DNA of 64,000 nt, from contig CAYUPH010000002.1 of NCBI GenBank assembly GCA_964446625.1, positions 5,743 through 69,742 of the forward strand, written 5' to 3'. The notes beneath the pieces were generated by a model. That model made no database searches. It was not told the DNA's origin and saw only the letters and a list, made by a program, of their open reading frames with translations. Source of the DNA: an uncultured Candidatus Saccharibacteria bacterium (lineage in GTDB: Bacteria > Patescibacteriota > Minisyncoccia > Phycocordibacterales > CAIRYW01). Positions 16,029 to 25,950 of this stretch are shown here, piece after piece (position 1 is the first letter of the stretch; each line of letters opens with the position of its first letter). The position numbers and the translations under genes are program-made.

Positions 16029-16450
16029 AGACTGTGAATAAACACAAAGGAAAAAGAGTGCTCGTCTTTGGTACTTTTGATAAAATCCACGACGGGCATA
16101 TCTTTTTTCTTCGTGAAGCACAAAAGCTCGGTGACGAGCTTTTTGTTTCTATTGCAAGAGATAAAAACATAAAGCTTTTTAAAAACAAAGATCCTCTTCT
16201 TCCAGAAAAAGAGAGGCTTGTAGAGGTAGAAGCTCTCTCCCTTGCAAAAGAAGTATTTCTTGGAGATGAAGTAATAGGCACATGGACTCACATACGAAGA
16301 TTAGAGCCTCATATAATTGCTGTTGGATACGACCAAAGAGAGCTTGGTATTGCCCTTGAAAACATAAAAAAAGACTTCACTTTTGAGATAGTTCGTATAA
16401 GGAGTCACCTCCCTGAAACATTCCATTCAAGCATTCTTAATAATCTCTAA
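16019..16450 (+). CDS. Cytidylyltransferase-like nucleotidyltransferase (HxGH family; FAD synthetase/RibL- or CTP-transferase-like)
   Basis: GTFDKIHDGH motif. Confidence 0.65.
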   Translation: MRLKTVNKHKGKRVLVFGTFDKIHDGHIFFLREAQKLGDELFVSIARDKNIKLFKNKDPLLPEKERLVEVEALSLAKEVFLGDEVIGTWTHIRRLEPHIIAVGYDQRELGIALENIKKDFTFEIVRIRSHLPETFHSSILNNL

Positions 16451-16471
16451 AGGAAAAATAGCTATACTAGT

Positions 16472-17077
16472 ATGCACATGCTTTCATATATTGATCCAAA
16501 ATTTATAATTGAAACCCTTGGAACAGCCGGAGTAGTGGCTGTTATATTTGCTGAGTCTGGACTTTTTTTTGGCTTTTTCCTCCCAGGTGATTCTCTTCTC
16601 TTTACTGCAGGACTCTTGGCTTCACAGGATATTTTAAATATTTACTCTCTGCTTATTTTTTGTTTCTTAGGAGCAACCCTTGGTGACACTGTCGGATACT
16701 GGTTTGGCAAAAAGGTAGGTCCAAAACTTTTTAAAAAAGAACACTCTTTCTTTTGGAATAAAAATCATATTGAAAAATCACGAAACTTTTTTGAGAAACA
16801 CGGAAAGAAAGCAATTATTCTTGCTCGCTTTATACCTATCGTTCGAACATTCACCCCTATTCTTGCGGGTGTAGGAAGTATGGAATACAAAACGTTTCTT
16901 TCTTACAATATTATAGGCGGTCTTTTTTGGATAGGACTTATGCTTCTTGGTGGATTTATGTTTGGAAACCTAATTCCAAACCCTGACAAATATCTTCTAC
17001 CAGTCGTTTTACTCATTATTTTTACCTCACTTATTCCTCCGGCTCTGGAATTTTTTAAGAAGAAAAAAACAGAGTAG
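16472..17077 (+). CDS. DedA-family membrane protein
   Basis: FFLPGDSLLFTAGLLAS and ARFIPIVRTF motifs. Confidence 0.8.
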   Translation: MHMLSYIDPKFIIETLGTAGVVAVIFAESGLFFGFFLPGDSLLFTAGLLASQDILNIYSLLIFCFLGATLGDTVGYWFGKKVGPKLFKKEHSFFWNKNHIEKSRNFFEKHGKKAIILARFIPIVRTFTPILAGVGSMEYKTFLSYNIIGGLFWIGLMLLGGFMFGNLIPNPDKYLLPVVLLIIFTSLIPPALEFFKKKKTE

Positions 17078-17123
17078 GAATCGTAGCGTATTGATTTTAT
17101 ATTAAAATACTATTAGGATAGTT

Positions 17124-17507
17124 ATGTCGATTAGAAATAGTCTTAAAAAAGAGGAACTTTTGGAGAAAACAAAAAGAGTTCCTACAAAAATGAAAAACCT
17201 TATAGAAGAATTTAAAGCTTTTGCGGTAAAAGGAAACGCAATTGAGCTAGCAGTAGGTATCGTTGTTGGTACTGCTTTTAACAATATTGTCACCTCTCTC
17301 GTTAACGATGTTATCATGCAAGCAATTGCTATGATTGCAGGTCAACCGGACTTTAGTGCAATTACATTTCATGCAATTCGAATAGGAAACTTTATAAACT
17401 CGATTGTAAACTTCCTCATCGTTGCGATTTCAGTTTTCTTTGCAGTAAAAGCGGTGAACAAGCTTTTCCACAAAAAGCCTGCTGAGGCGCCCACACAAAA
17501 CGCGTAA
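17124..17507 (+). CDS. mscL: Large-conductance mechanosensitive channel
   Basis: EFKAFAVKGNAIELAVGIVVGTAFNNIVTSLVNDVIMQ. Confidence 0.9.
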   Translation: MSIRNSLKKEELLEKTKRVPTKMKNLIEEFKAFAVKGNAIELAVGIVVGTAFNNIVTSLVNDVIMQAIAMIAGQPDFSAITFHAIRIGNFINSIVNFLIVAISVFFAVKAVNKLFHKKPAEAPTQNA

Positions 17508-17514
17508 GACTCCA

Positions 17515-17548
17515 TACAAAAAATCCTCGGTTATCCGAGGATTTTTTG
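17515..17548. terminator. Bidirectional terminator aaaaaatcctcgg ttat ccgaggatttttt
   Basis: Perfect stem with flanking A- and T-runs between mscL and the convergent NUDIX gene. Confidence 0.7.
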
Positions 17549-17950
17549 TGCTTTATATAGAGTGTCTCTTGTTTCTTCGAAAGTAAAAAGCGAGAGAGCT
17601 TCTTCACTTGTCACCCAACGCATTTCATCTATGTCATCAAAAGGTTCCCCCACCTTTTCTTCGGTCTCTATTTTACCAATAAAGAATTTGTTTATTTTTT
17701 GCGCTTTTTCTCCTTCTCGAGTAGTAAAGACATACGTCTCCTCAACTAAAGGTCCCTCAATCTTTTCTGGCGATCTGATTCCCGTTTCTTCCTCAAATTC
17801 TCTTCGCGCTGTCTGCTCTTCACTTTCCCCTTCTTCTGGTGTTCCTTTTGGAAATCCCCAATGATTGCCTGACTTATTTTTTACGATCAAAAAAGTTCTT
17901 CCGCTTTCATCTTCTTTATATACAATGATCCCAAATGATGTGTGTACCAT
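17531..17950 (-). CDS. NUDIX hydrolase (Ap4A-hydrolase-like)
   Basis: GFPKGTPEEGESEEQTARREFEEETG. Confidence 0.85.
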   Translation of the reverse strand: MVHTSFGIIVYKEDESGRTFLIVKNKSGNHWGFPKGTPEEGESEEQTARREFEEETGIRSPEKIEGPLVEETYVFTTREGEKAQKINKFFIGKIETEEKVGEPFDDIDEMRWVTSEEALSLFTFEETRDTLYKAQKILG

Positions 17951-17959
17951 ATTTTTAAA

Positions 17960-18622
17960 TTAAGAAATAATTTTTCCGTCATCGAGTCGAACTACCCGAT
18001 CAGCAATTTTTCCATACTCCTCCTCGTGTGTGACCATTACTATCGTTTGACCTTCCTTATGAAGCTCTTTGAAGATACTTATTACAGTCTCAGAAGACGT
18101 ACGATCAAGGTTTGCTGTCGGTTCGTCTGCAAAAAGGATTTTTGGTGAATGTGCAATCGCTCTTGAGATTGATACTCGTTGTTGCTCTCCTCCTGAAAGC
18201 TGACTAGGTAAGTTGTCTAGCCTATGCCCAAGGTTAACTCGCTCAAGCGAACGCTTTGCCTCTGCATACGCATGCTCTTTATCCTTTCCTTGCATGAGGA
18301 GCGGAAGCGCCACGTTTTCAAGCGCTGTGAGGTCTGGCAAGAGTGCGTAGTCCTGAAACACATAACCTAGAGTATTTAACCTAAAAGATGTTTTTTGATC
18401 AGCGCTCATTGTGTGAGTATTTTTTCCGTCTATAACGATTTCACCCGAGGTTGGTTCGTCGAGAAGAGACACTTGATACATAAAAGTAGATTTTCCTGCT
18501 CCACTTCTTCCCATAATAGCAATAAACTCGCCTTCCTTTGCAGTAAAATCCACACCTTTTAGTACGCGTGTTTCTTTGTCTCCATCAACAAATGTTTTTA
18601 CTAAGTTTTTTACTTCAATCAT
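17960..18622 (-). CDS. ABC transporter ATP-binding protein (MacB/LolD/FtsE-like)
   Basis: Walker A GRSGAGKST, signature LSGGEQQRVSISRA and Walker B ILFADEPT. Confidence 0.9.
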   Translation of the reverse strand: MIEVKNLVKTFVDGDKETRVLKGVDFTAKEGEFIAIMGRSGAGKSTFMYQVSLLDEPTSGEIVIDGKNTHTMSADQKTSFRLNTLGYVFQDYALLPDLTALENVALPLLMQGKDKEHAYAEAKRSLERVNLGHRLDNLPSQLSGGEQQRVSISRAIAHSPKILFADEPTANLDRTSSETVISIFKELHKEGQTIVMVTHEEEYGKIADRVVRLDDGKIIS

Positions 18623-18631
18623 ATTTTTATA

Positions 18632-19876
18632 TTATCTTCCAAGAATTGCGTCGAGAGTGTTTCTTCGCACAATCATACGCGCCGGTATGTACCCTGCAAG
18701 AAGTGTCGCGAGCATGAGAAGCCCAACTCGAATCATTGTTCCACCAAGTGGGGCTACTAGAATTCCATCAGAAAACGGAAAGTTTAGGGGGTGTGCATCA
18801 AAGAAAGGAACAAGAAGTCCGTAAACAATTATTATTCCAATCCCTGAACCGCAAAGAGCATAGAAAATCGACTGAAAGATATATGACACCTCAATCACTT
18901 TTCCATTGATTCCGATTCCTTTCATAATACCAATATATTTTCGTCTGGTGATTGCGTTAATAAAGATCACAATAAAAATTGTAATCGACGCCACTGCAAG
19001 CCCGATGGAACCGATAGCATTTCCAAGAATTGCAAAAGTCGCTTTAATGTCTTTTAGGAATTTAGGCTGAGCATCTTCAAATGTTTGAAGTCTTGCATAC
19101 CTACTGAGGCCAGTTCTTTGGAGAGCTTCTTTAAATGCGGTTGGGTCGGTTCCTGGTTTTAGTCTAATCGCAATATCATCAACATTTTGATCATCACGGC
19201 CAATAAGTGCACGCATTTGCTTGTCGACAATAAACATTTTCGCAGATACTTCATCAACTTTGCTTTTCAAAATTCCCTTTACTGTAAATTCTCGTGTTAT
19301 ATCTCCTACGGTAATCCGAATTTTTGAGCCAATAGGCACTCCTGTGAGCGCAGTAAATCCTGGCGCCTCGATTGGTGTATATCGCTTAAGGAAAAAAGAT
19401 CCTACAAGAATCTTGTCATAATCCTCCGGCGCAAGGTATTCACCTTCGATAATAAAGTCTGAAATATCTGTAAGGTTATCCTCGGCAACTGGGTCGATTC
19501 CTGCAAGAGTGACACCTGTTGATTCCTCGTCAGTATCTTTGAGTTTTGTTTTGTAATTTGCTTCTGCGCTCGCCCCTGCAATGTACCGCGCTGCATATGC
19601 GTCTACCTCTGGCATATTTTTGAGAGTCTCTATGATCTCATTACTTTTTTCAATATATTCTTTTTTATCCAGTTTAGAGATAATAAAGTCTCCTGTATAG
19701 TAGTGTTTCTGCGCTTCTACCGACCCTTCGATAAGTCCAACCAAAATTCCAGCAACTACAACGAGGTTAAGGAAAGTCAAAACCATGACCCCAATAATAA
19801 GGAAAGTTGTCCATTTACTTGCTCTCCTTATTTGTCTGAAAGCAAGAAACCACCCTATTTTTATAGTCTGGAGCAT
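18632..19876 (-). CDS. ABC transporter permease, FtsX/MacB-like with a large extracytoplasmic domain
   Basis: N-terminal TM, a domain of about 250 aa, then a C-terminal 3-TM FtsX-type module. Confidence 0.8.
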   Translation of the reverse strand: MLQTIKIGWFLAFRQIRRASKWTTFLIIGVMVLTFLNLVVVAGILVGLIEGSVEAQKHYYTGDFIISKLDKKEYIEKSNEIIETLKNMPEVDAYAARYIAGASAEANYKTKLKDTDEESTGVTLAGIDPVAEDNLTDISDFIIEGEYLAPEDYDKILVGSFFLKRYTPIEAPGFTALTGVPIGSKIRITVGDITREFTVKGILKSKVDEVSAKMFIVDKQMRALIGRDDQNVDDIAIRLKPGTDPTAFKEALQRTGLSRYARLQTFEDAQPKFLKDIKATFAILGNAIGSIGLAVASITIFIVIFINAITRRKYIGIMKGIGINGKVIEVSYIFQSIFYALCGSGIGIIIVYGLLVPFFDAHPLNFPFSDGILVAPLGGTMIRVGLLMLATLLAGYIPARMIVRRNTLDAILGR

Positions 19877-21346
19877 TTATTTAGAAACGGGAGTAATTAG
19901 AATTTTTGATCCCGTAGAAAGTCCTTCTGTTACTTCTACATTTCCTTTTCCATCAGTTCGTCCTGTTTTAATCTGAGTCTTTACAATTTCTTTACCTTTT
20001 TTTACAGATACATAAGATACACCTCCTTCTTTTAGAACACTTCTCTCGGGAATAACAATTAGTCCTGGGACAGATTCGGTCAGGATAGCAACACTTGAAG
20101 TCATACCAGAACGAACCCTTGGATCAAGAGTATCAAATGTCAAAACTACCTTGTAATTTGATACTCCGTCCTTTTCTGTTTCGGCAGGATCGATATAAGT
20201 AATCTTTGCACTTAGTTCTTCGTCCGGATACGCGTCGAGAGTTACTTTTGCTGTGTTTCCCACGGCAATTCCTGGAAGACTTACTTCTGGAATATACACT
20301 TCTACTTCAAACCCTTCACTTATCATTGCAGACACTTTGTCATGTGCAGAAATGCTTGCTCCCACTTTTGCGTCCTGAATAGACACAACACCTGAAAAAG
20401 GAGCAACGATAACAGTCTTTGCGATTTCTGCATTCAATTTTTTCACTTTTGCTTCTGCAGCTTTCACTTTTGCTTCTTGAACTGGAATATCTGAAAAAGA
20501 TGCCCGAAGTGAATCTTGTGCAGTGGTTATATTTGACAACGACTCAGCGATATTGTTCCGCGCAGTGTACAGATCAGACTTATATTTATCTATTGTCTCT
20601 TGTGACAAAATTGCTGATTCTTCAAATGTATTTACCGCAAATGAAAGATTGTAGAGGAAAGTTTTTATTGTATTTAAAGAAGCGCGAGAAAGCTCTAGTT
20701 CACTTGCCGAAAAGTTATCGGTACTCAATTTTGTTACCTTCGCTTCCCATGTATCAAGGGCTTTTTCAACTTTTTTTCGTTCATCATTGATTGGGCCTTT
20801 CCGATCGAAATAGTCATCAAAAGTATATTTGATTTGTGGCGCATCTTCTGGATTATCGAAGTATTGGTCAACTTTGTTACGAACTGCGTCATCTGCTTTT
20901 GTGAAGGCTTCTGAAATTGCATCGACTGCTTTTCGTTTATTGATTTCTGTCTCTGTATCATTTGAACCCTGAGCAGTAAGTTTTGCGAGCTCTGCGCGTG
21001 CAGCAAGCAGGTCAGCACTTGCACTGTCTCTTTCTGCCTGAAGATCAGAAGAGTTTAGTACCGCAATCACTTCACCACTTCGAACCTTGTCTCCCGCTTT
21101 TTTGTAAACTCCCGCAACAGTTCCTGAAGACTCAAACGAGAGGTCAACAGTCTGTGTCGACACAACCTTTCCAGAAACTGATACAACCTTTTCAAAAGTT
21201 GTACTTTTAACCTCAAATTCATCACTTCCTGACCCCTTCCCTTTTCCAAGGGCAAAGAACAGTACTAGTAGAATAACCAAAAGAGCGACAATGCTCTTCC
21301 ACTTGTTCGCCTTAATTTTCGTCCAAAATGCTCTTAATTTATTCAT
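19877..21346 (-). CDS. HlyD-family periplasmic adaptor/membrane fusion protein (MacA-like)
   Basis: N-terminal TM, long coiled coil, and beta-barrel/lipoyl-like segments. Adjacent to the ABC pair. Confidence 0.75.
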   Translation of the reverse strand: MNKLRAFWTKIKANKWKSIVALLVILLVLFFALGKGKGSGSDEFEVKSTTFEKVVSVSGKVVSTQTVDLSFESSGTVAGVYKKAGDKVRSGEVIAVLNSSDLQAERDSASADLLAARAELAKLTAQGSNDTETEINKRKAVDAISEAFTKADDAVRNKVDQYFDNPEDAPQIKYTFDDYFDRKGPINDERKKVEKALDTWEAKVTKLSTDNFSASELELSRASLNTIKTFLYNLSFAVNTFEESAILSQETIDKYKSDLYTARNNIAESLSNITTAQDSLRASFSDIPVQEAKVKAAEAKVKKLNAEIAKTVIVAPFSGVVSIQDAKVGASISAHDKVSAMISEGFEVEVYIPEVSLPGIAVGNTAKVTLDAYPDEELSAKITYIDPAETEKDGVSNYKVVLTFDTLDPRVRSGMTSSVAILTESVPGLIVIPERSVLKEGGVSYVSVKKGKEIVKTQIKTGRTDGKGNVEVTEGLSTGSKILITPVSK

Positions 21347-21507
21347 ATTTTTTGTTTTTATTATCTAAAAATTATACACTAAAATGGCCTCTAAGTCACT
21401 TAGACACCTTTTTTTTTGACTACTGTCTTTTTTTGTATCTCTGTGCTACAATGCCTTTGATTCGGCAATACGCCGTTTTTTGTTTATATACTCAAAAATA
21501 CAAGATT

Positions 21508-23292
21508 ATGGAAATTAGAAATATTGCAATTATCGCCCACGTAGACCACGGAAAGACTACTCTTACCGATGCTCTTATGAAACAAAACGGCATGGTGACA
21601 GAAGGTGTGTCTATGGACTCTAATAAACTCGAGCAAGAGCGAGGAATTACCATCTATGCCAAGAACGCTTCCCTAAACTATAAAGGGACAAAGATTAACA
21701 TTGTGGACACACCAGGGCACGCGGACTTTGGTAGTGAAGTAGAGCGAGTACTTCGATCAATCGACTGTGTACTCCTTGTCGTTGACGCACAAGAGGGTCC
21801 AATGCCTCAGACACGATTTGTACTTAAGAAGTCTCTCGAGCTTGGACTTCGACCAATTGTTATCATCAACAAAATCGACAAGCCCGCAGCAGATCCAAAA
21901 AGAGTTCACGACGAAGTCTTTGAGCTTTTCTTTGAGCTTGGCGCAAATGACGAACAACTAAACTTTCCAACAGTCTACGCAGTAGGACGAAATGGAACTT
22001 CAAAACTAGATCTCGCCGACGATGATAAGAACCTTGATCCAATTCTCGATACAATTCTAAGTCACGTAACACCTGCCTCAGGACATGACGATGAAGAACT
22101 AGCAGCTCAGCCTTTTAACCTAGCATACGACAACTTCTTAGGGCGTCTCGCTGTTGCGCGAATCTATAAAGGAACAATTAACGACGGCCAAGAAGTCTTT
22201 CTAAAAAAACAAGACGGAACTTCAAAGAAATACCGACTTACAAAACTTTACACTTTTGAAGGAATTCAGAAGAAAGAAGCTAAAACTGCTACGAGCGGAG
22301 ACATTGTCATGATTGCTGGTATTCCAGACGTGTTTATTGGAGACACAATCTGTAAAGACGAAGGAACACCCCTTCTTCCCGCAATTACAATTGATGAGCC
22401 AACAATCTCGCTCGACTTCCTTGTAAACGACTCTCCGTTTGCCGGAAAGGTTGGAAAATTTGTTACTTCAAGACAGATTCGAGACAGACTAGAAAAAGAG
22501 CTCGAAGTAAACGTAGGACTCAAAGTTGATTTTGGACAAAATGAAAAGTTCAAAGTGTACGGACGAGGTGAACTCCATGTTGCGGTTCTCCTTGAAACAA
22601 TGCGCCGAGAAGGTTTTGAAGTTCAAGTATCAAAACCAGAAGTAATTTTCCGAGAAGAAAATGGAGCAAAACTCGAGCCTTACGAAGAGGCAACAATCGA
22701 CACACCTCAAGACTTTTCTGGAGTTATTATTGAAAAACTTGGAAAGAGACGAGGAATCATGACAAACATGAAGCAAGAGCAAAACCAAGTTCGTCTCACA
22801 TTTGAAATTCCAACACGAGGACTCTTGGGTTACCGAAACGAATTTACAATCGATACAAAGGGCGAAGGAATTCTCTCTTCACGATTTATAGGATTTAGAC
22901 CACACGCAGGAACAATCGAGAGACGAGAAACAGGTTCTATGATCTCTATGGAAGCAGGAAAAACTCTTGCGTTTGCACTCGACAACCTACAGCAACGCGG
23001 AACTCTCTATATTGGTGCTGGAACCGAGGTGTACATTGGACAAGTAATTGGAAATACTTCTAAAGGTGAAGATATGGAGGTAAACCCAACAAAAGGAAAA
23101 CAACTCACAAACATGCGTGCATCCGGCTCTGACGGAACAACTTACCTTACACCTCCCTTTGAAATCGATATTGAAAAAGGACTCGAAATGATTCAGGATG
23201 ATGAGTACCTCGAAATCACACCAACAGATACACGAATTCGAAAAAAATTCCTCACAAAAACAGAACGAGATAAGAATCGAAAAAAAGAGTAG
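21508..23292 (+). CDS. typA: Translational GTPase TypA/BipA
   Basis: [32 protein letters not shown] and NKIDK. Confidence 0.9.
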   Translation: MEIRNIAIIAHVDHGKTTLTDALMKQNGMVTEGVSMDSNKLEQERGITIYAKNASLNYKGTKINIVDTPGHADFGSEVERVLRSIDCVLLVVDAQEGPMPQTRFVLKKSLELGLRPIVIINKIDKPAADPKRVHDEVFELFFELGANDEQLNFPTVYAVGRNGTSKLDLADDDKNLDPILDTILSHVTPASGHDDEELAAQPFNLAYDNFLGRLAVARIYKGTINDGQEVFLKKQDGTSKKYRLTKLYTFEGIQKKEAKTATSGDIVMIAGIPDVFIGDTICKDEGTPLLPAITIDEPTISLDFLVNDSPFAGKVGKFVTSRQIRDRLEKELEVNVGLKVDFGQNEKFKVYGRGELHVAVLLETMRREGFEVQVSKPEVIFREENGAKLEPYEEATIDTPQDFSGVIIEKLGKRRGIMTNMKQEQNQVRLTFEIPTRGLLGYRNEFTIDTKGEGILSSRFIGFRPHAGTIERRETGSMISMEAGKTLAFALDNLQQRGTLYIGAGTEVYIGQVIGNTSKGEDMEVNPTKGKQLTNMRASGSDGTTYLTPPFEIDIEKGLEMIQDDEYLEITPTDTRIRKKFLTKTERDKNRKKE

Positions 23293-23311
23293 GCAAACCT
23301 ACTCTTTTTTT
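23287..23311 (+). terminator. Terminator gagtagg caaa cctactc plus T7
   Basis: Read from the sequence. Confidence 0.6.
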
Positions 23312-23328
23312 ATGCACGTGACTTTTGG

Positions 23329-23712
23329 GTGGAAAGGTGTAGTCTAATGTTTAGGAGACAAATGAAACCACACATTATTTTAGACATCACCATCTTTTGG
23401 GGAAGCAAAAAATGTGCTCGGCAGACATTTTGTTGCAGAACACAATTCCCAACCAGGAGACAACAAATTGAAGAAATACTAGGAAACGGGTCTCCCGATC
23501 TTATACTAAATGGTTGTCCCTATGTTTTGCGATGGCAAAAGACAGAACCCTTTTTTGCATTCGCCGGACAAACCATAATTCCCTGGGCACTTGAAATGAC
23601 TTACCACTTCTCTTTTAGCAAAAGAATGAGTGGTGCACAGGTAAAGGAAAATGTTGATCATCTCTTTGGTGAAGCCCGTCTTATTCGCAGCATCCACTCT
23701 GAAACAGAGTGA
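23329..23712 (+). CDS. Hypothetical Cys-containing small protein (or untranslated transcript)
   Basis: The ORF is bracketed by the typA terminator upstream and a strong plus-strand terminator at 23690-23722 (12-bp stem plus T6). Coding is uncertain. Confidence 0.3.
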   Translation: MERCSLMFRRQMKPHIILDITIFWGSKKCARQTFCCRTQFPTRRQQIEEILGNGSPDLILNGCPYVLRWQKTEPFFAFAGQTIIPWALEMTYHFSFSKRMSGAQVKENVDHLFGEARLIRSIHSETE

Positions 23713-23719
23713 TGCTTTT

Positions 23720-23905
23720 TTATTTCACTTTTTGTATAAGAGAAAGGAGTGTTTTTTCTAGTCCTGACACAAGCGCTTTTGATTCCGTTTTTGCTTTCTT
23801 TACTTTTTCTTTGAGAGCAACAATATCAGCTTCAGTTTCCTCCAAAAGTTTTTGAATTTTTAGAATCTCTTCGTCCTCTTCTTTATGTACTTTTTTGACT
23901 CTCAT
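23720..23905 (-). CDS. Small coiled-coil protein (61 aa)
   Basis: Heptad-rich K/E sequence. Starts 4 nt after the stop of the upstream coiled-coil gene. Confidence 0.45.
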   Translation of the reverse strand: MRVKKVHKEEDEEILKIQKLLEETEADIVALKEKVKKAKTESKALVSGLEKTLLSLIQKVK

Positions 23906-23908
23906 TTT

Positions 23909-25141
23909 TTAGTTAAACCAATTACCAAATAAACTGCTAAAGAAACCTTTTTTCTTTTTTCTTTTTAAAGCTTCTTTAACTGCCCCGTTTCCTCCTCCGT
24001 ACCCACCTCCACCATATTTGTGAACCTGTCTCGTCACGCCCCCGCCTTGATATTTACCCTCTGCCTGCGCTACAGTAGAAGAAGTGCTTTGAGAAGAACC
24101 CTCTGTAACTTCCTCAACTTGTGTAATCAATGTCTCACCAAGTCCCATTTTTTCTGTTACAGACTCTATCACCCTCATTCTCTCAGCAATTTTATGACTA
24201 TAATCTCTTGCAGTATCAAGATTCTTCTGATTAGCTTTAATATCTTTTTCAATAGCCACAAGACCTTCTCTTAGCTCCCTACTTTTTTCCTCTAACCTCA
24301 ATATTAGTGCATTTGCAGTGCCGTCTTTTCTTTCAGACTTAGTTCTTTCAATTAGAGACTGGATGCTATTAATCTTATTAGAAATTCCAACATATTCTGC
24401 CCTTAGTCTCTCCAGCTCCCCTTCCAATCCCTTTAGTTTTGCCTCATTTTCCTCTAAATTTGCCTCATTAGCAATTTTTTCCATAAATTCAACTCCAATT
24501 CTTTCTAAAATCACACCTCTCACATTCTCTCCTCCATTTTGCATTTCCTCTAAAATCTGCTTTTCTATCTCAATATTCCTTTGTAACTGAGACAATTCAC
24601 CCTGCGCCTTTTCTAATTGATCTATTTTCTGGTTATAGATCTCTGCATCGCTTCCATATTGGGCCTCAAGTAGACTGACCACATCAACATTATTAGGATT
24701 CTGTATATCATTCTCTAGTATCTCTAGTCTACGACGCATTATATTTAATTCATTTTGAAGCTCCGCCACTTCAACTGTTTTTTTTGCTCTATCTACTTCC
24801 AAAAGTCGTACTTCCTCTTTTTTACTAAAAATACTTTCTTTCGATTTATTAAACGCTTTTACTTGTACATCTTCTCTTAGCTGACTTTCCACATCTCTTC
24901 CCTCAAAAAAAGCTTTAGCTTTTTTGCCACCAAAAAACTCAACAATCCTCCTTGCAGGACTTACTCTTTTTTCTTTCTTAGGATCACCTGATTTTTCTTG
25001 AGACTCTACAAACTCTTCATTAGGAGCAGTGTTTCCCTCTATATCTTCGTGGTTTCCACCATCCAATAACTCATCAGGCTCAGTTTCACCTCCACTTGCC
25101 TCAGCGCCTCCTCCTAAAACTATTCTATTTTCATCAAGCAT
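23909..25141 (-). CDS. Coiled-coil protein with acidic N-terminus, Gly-rich region and a C-terminal amphipathic tail (KKKKGFFSSLFGNWFN)
   Basis: Long heptad region. The start is chosen at 25141 because a TGgTATAAT box lies 6 nt upstream; the alternative ATG at 25183 overlaps truB. Confidence 0.7.
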   Translation of the reverse strand: MLDENRIVLGGGAEASGGETEPDELLDGGNHEDIEGNTAPNEEFVESQEKSGDPKKEKRVSPARRIVEFFGGKKAKAFFEGRDVESQLREDVQVKAFNKSKESIFSKKEEVRLLEVDRAKKTVEVAELQNELNIMRRRLEILENDIQNPNNVDVVSLLEAQYGSDAEIYNQKIDQLEKAQGELSQLQRNIEIEKQILEEMQNGGENVRGVILERIGVEFMEKIANEANLEENEAKLKGLEGELERLRAEYVGISNKINSIQSLIERTKSERKDGTANALILRLEEKSRELREGLVAIEKDIKANQKNLDTARDYSHKIAERMRVIESVTEKMGLGETLITQVEEVTEGSSQSTSSTVAQAEGKYQGGGVTRQVHKYGGGGYGGGNGAVKEALKRKKKKGFFSSLFGNWFN

Positions 25142-25163
25142 GTACGAATTATACCACAGTGAC

Positions 25164-25928
25164 CTAAAGCGAGATTTCCCCAACCCTTGTTCTCTTTATA
25201 GACAAAGCAAGTGCAGGCAAACTAAGCTCTTTTCCCACTCTCTCAGCAAGACTACGCATATAAACTCCACTACTTGCAGACACTTTTATTTTCAAAACAG
25301 GAAGACTTTTCTCTAAAAGACTACTCTCTTTTAAACTCCTCCAACTCTGGAGGGCTTCGCTTTGTCTAAAGTCACCTTTCACTTTTTGGATTTTCTCTTC
25401 TATATTTTCTAAAAGACTACGCAGGGTAACTTCATTTCTTTCTAAAATCTCAATAGAATAAATTTCTACTTCTTTGGTAGGCATTTCTTCTGGTTCTTCC
25501 CCACTTCTTGCATAAGAAAAGAGAGGTTTACCACCAACGGTTTTTGAAGAATACATGGGGTATGTTTGAGTAAATTTGCCCGAGCATTTTTTTAACACTT
25601 CTTTTATAATTTCCTCGTTTTCTCCAATATTTTTTTTCTCTAAATTTACTTCATTTATGATTCCAAGAATATCTCCTGTGTCCGTAGAAACACCAAAAAG
25701 AATTTGAACCTCATACTCTTTGCTCAGCGCAAAGTACTTTTCTCTGTTTTTACATTCTTCACCTACGAGCAGGAGAAGGAGCCCCTCAGCCATCGGATCA
25801 AGGCGCCCAGCGTAGGTCATGGCTACCTCCGGGGCAATATTATGTAAAATCCGCGCTTTCCTCAGCGCCTCAAGAGGGGTTTCGCCTACGTTTTTGTATA
25901 TCGTTATATAGCTTGGTAAATCAGTCAT
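25164..25928 (-). CDS. truB: tRNA pseudouridine-55 synthase
   Basis: GRLDPMAEGLLLLLVGE catalytic Asp motif. Confidence 0.85.
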   Translation of the reverse strand: MTDLPSYITIYKNVGETPLEALRKARILHNIAPEVAMTYAGRLDPMAEGLLLLLVGEECKNREKYFALSKEYEVQILFGVSTDTGDILGIINEVNLEKKNIGENEEIIKEVLKKCSGKFTQTYPMYSSKTVGGKPLFSYARSGEEPEEMPTKEVEIYSIEILERNEVTLRSLLENIEEKIQKVKGDFRQSEALQSWRSLKESSLLEKSLPVLKIKVSASSGVYMRSLAERVGKELSLPALALSIKRTRVGEISL

Positions 25929-25950
25929 TTGTTGTTAAAATACACTGAAC

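Noticed and set aside
21417-21452. TTGACT...TACAAT as the typA promoter
   Set aside because: The spacer is about 25 nt, too long for a sigma70 promoter. No alternative with 16-18 nt spacing was convincing, so no promoter is called.
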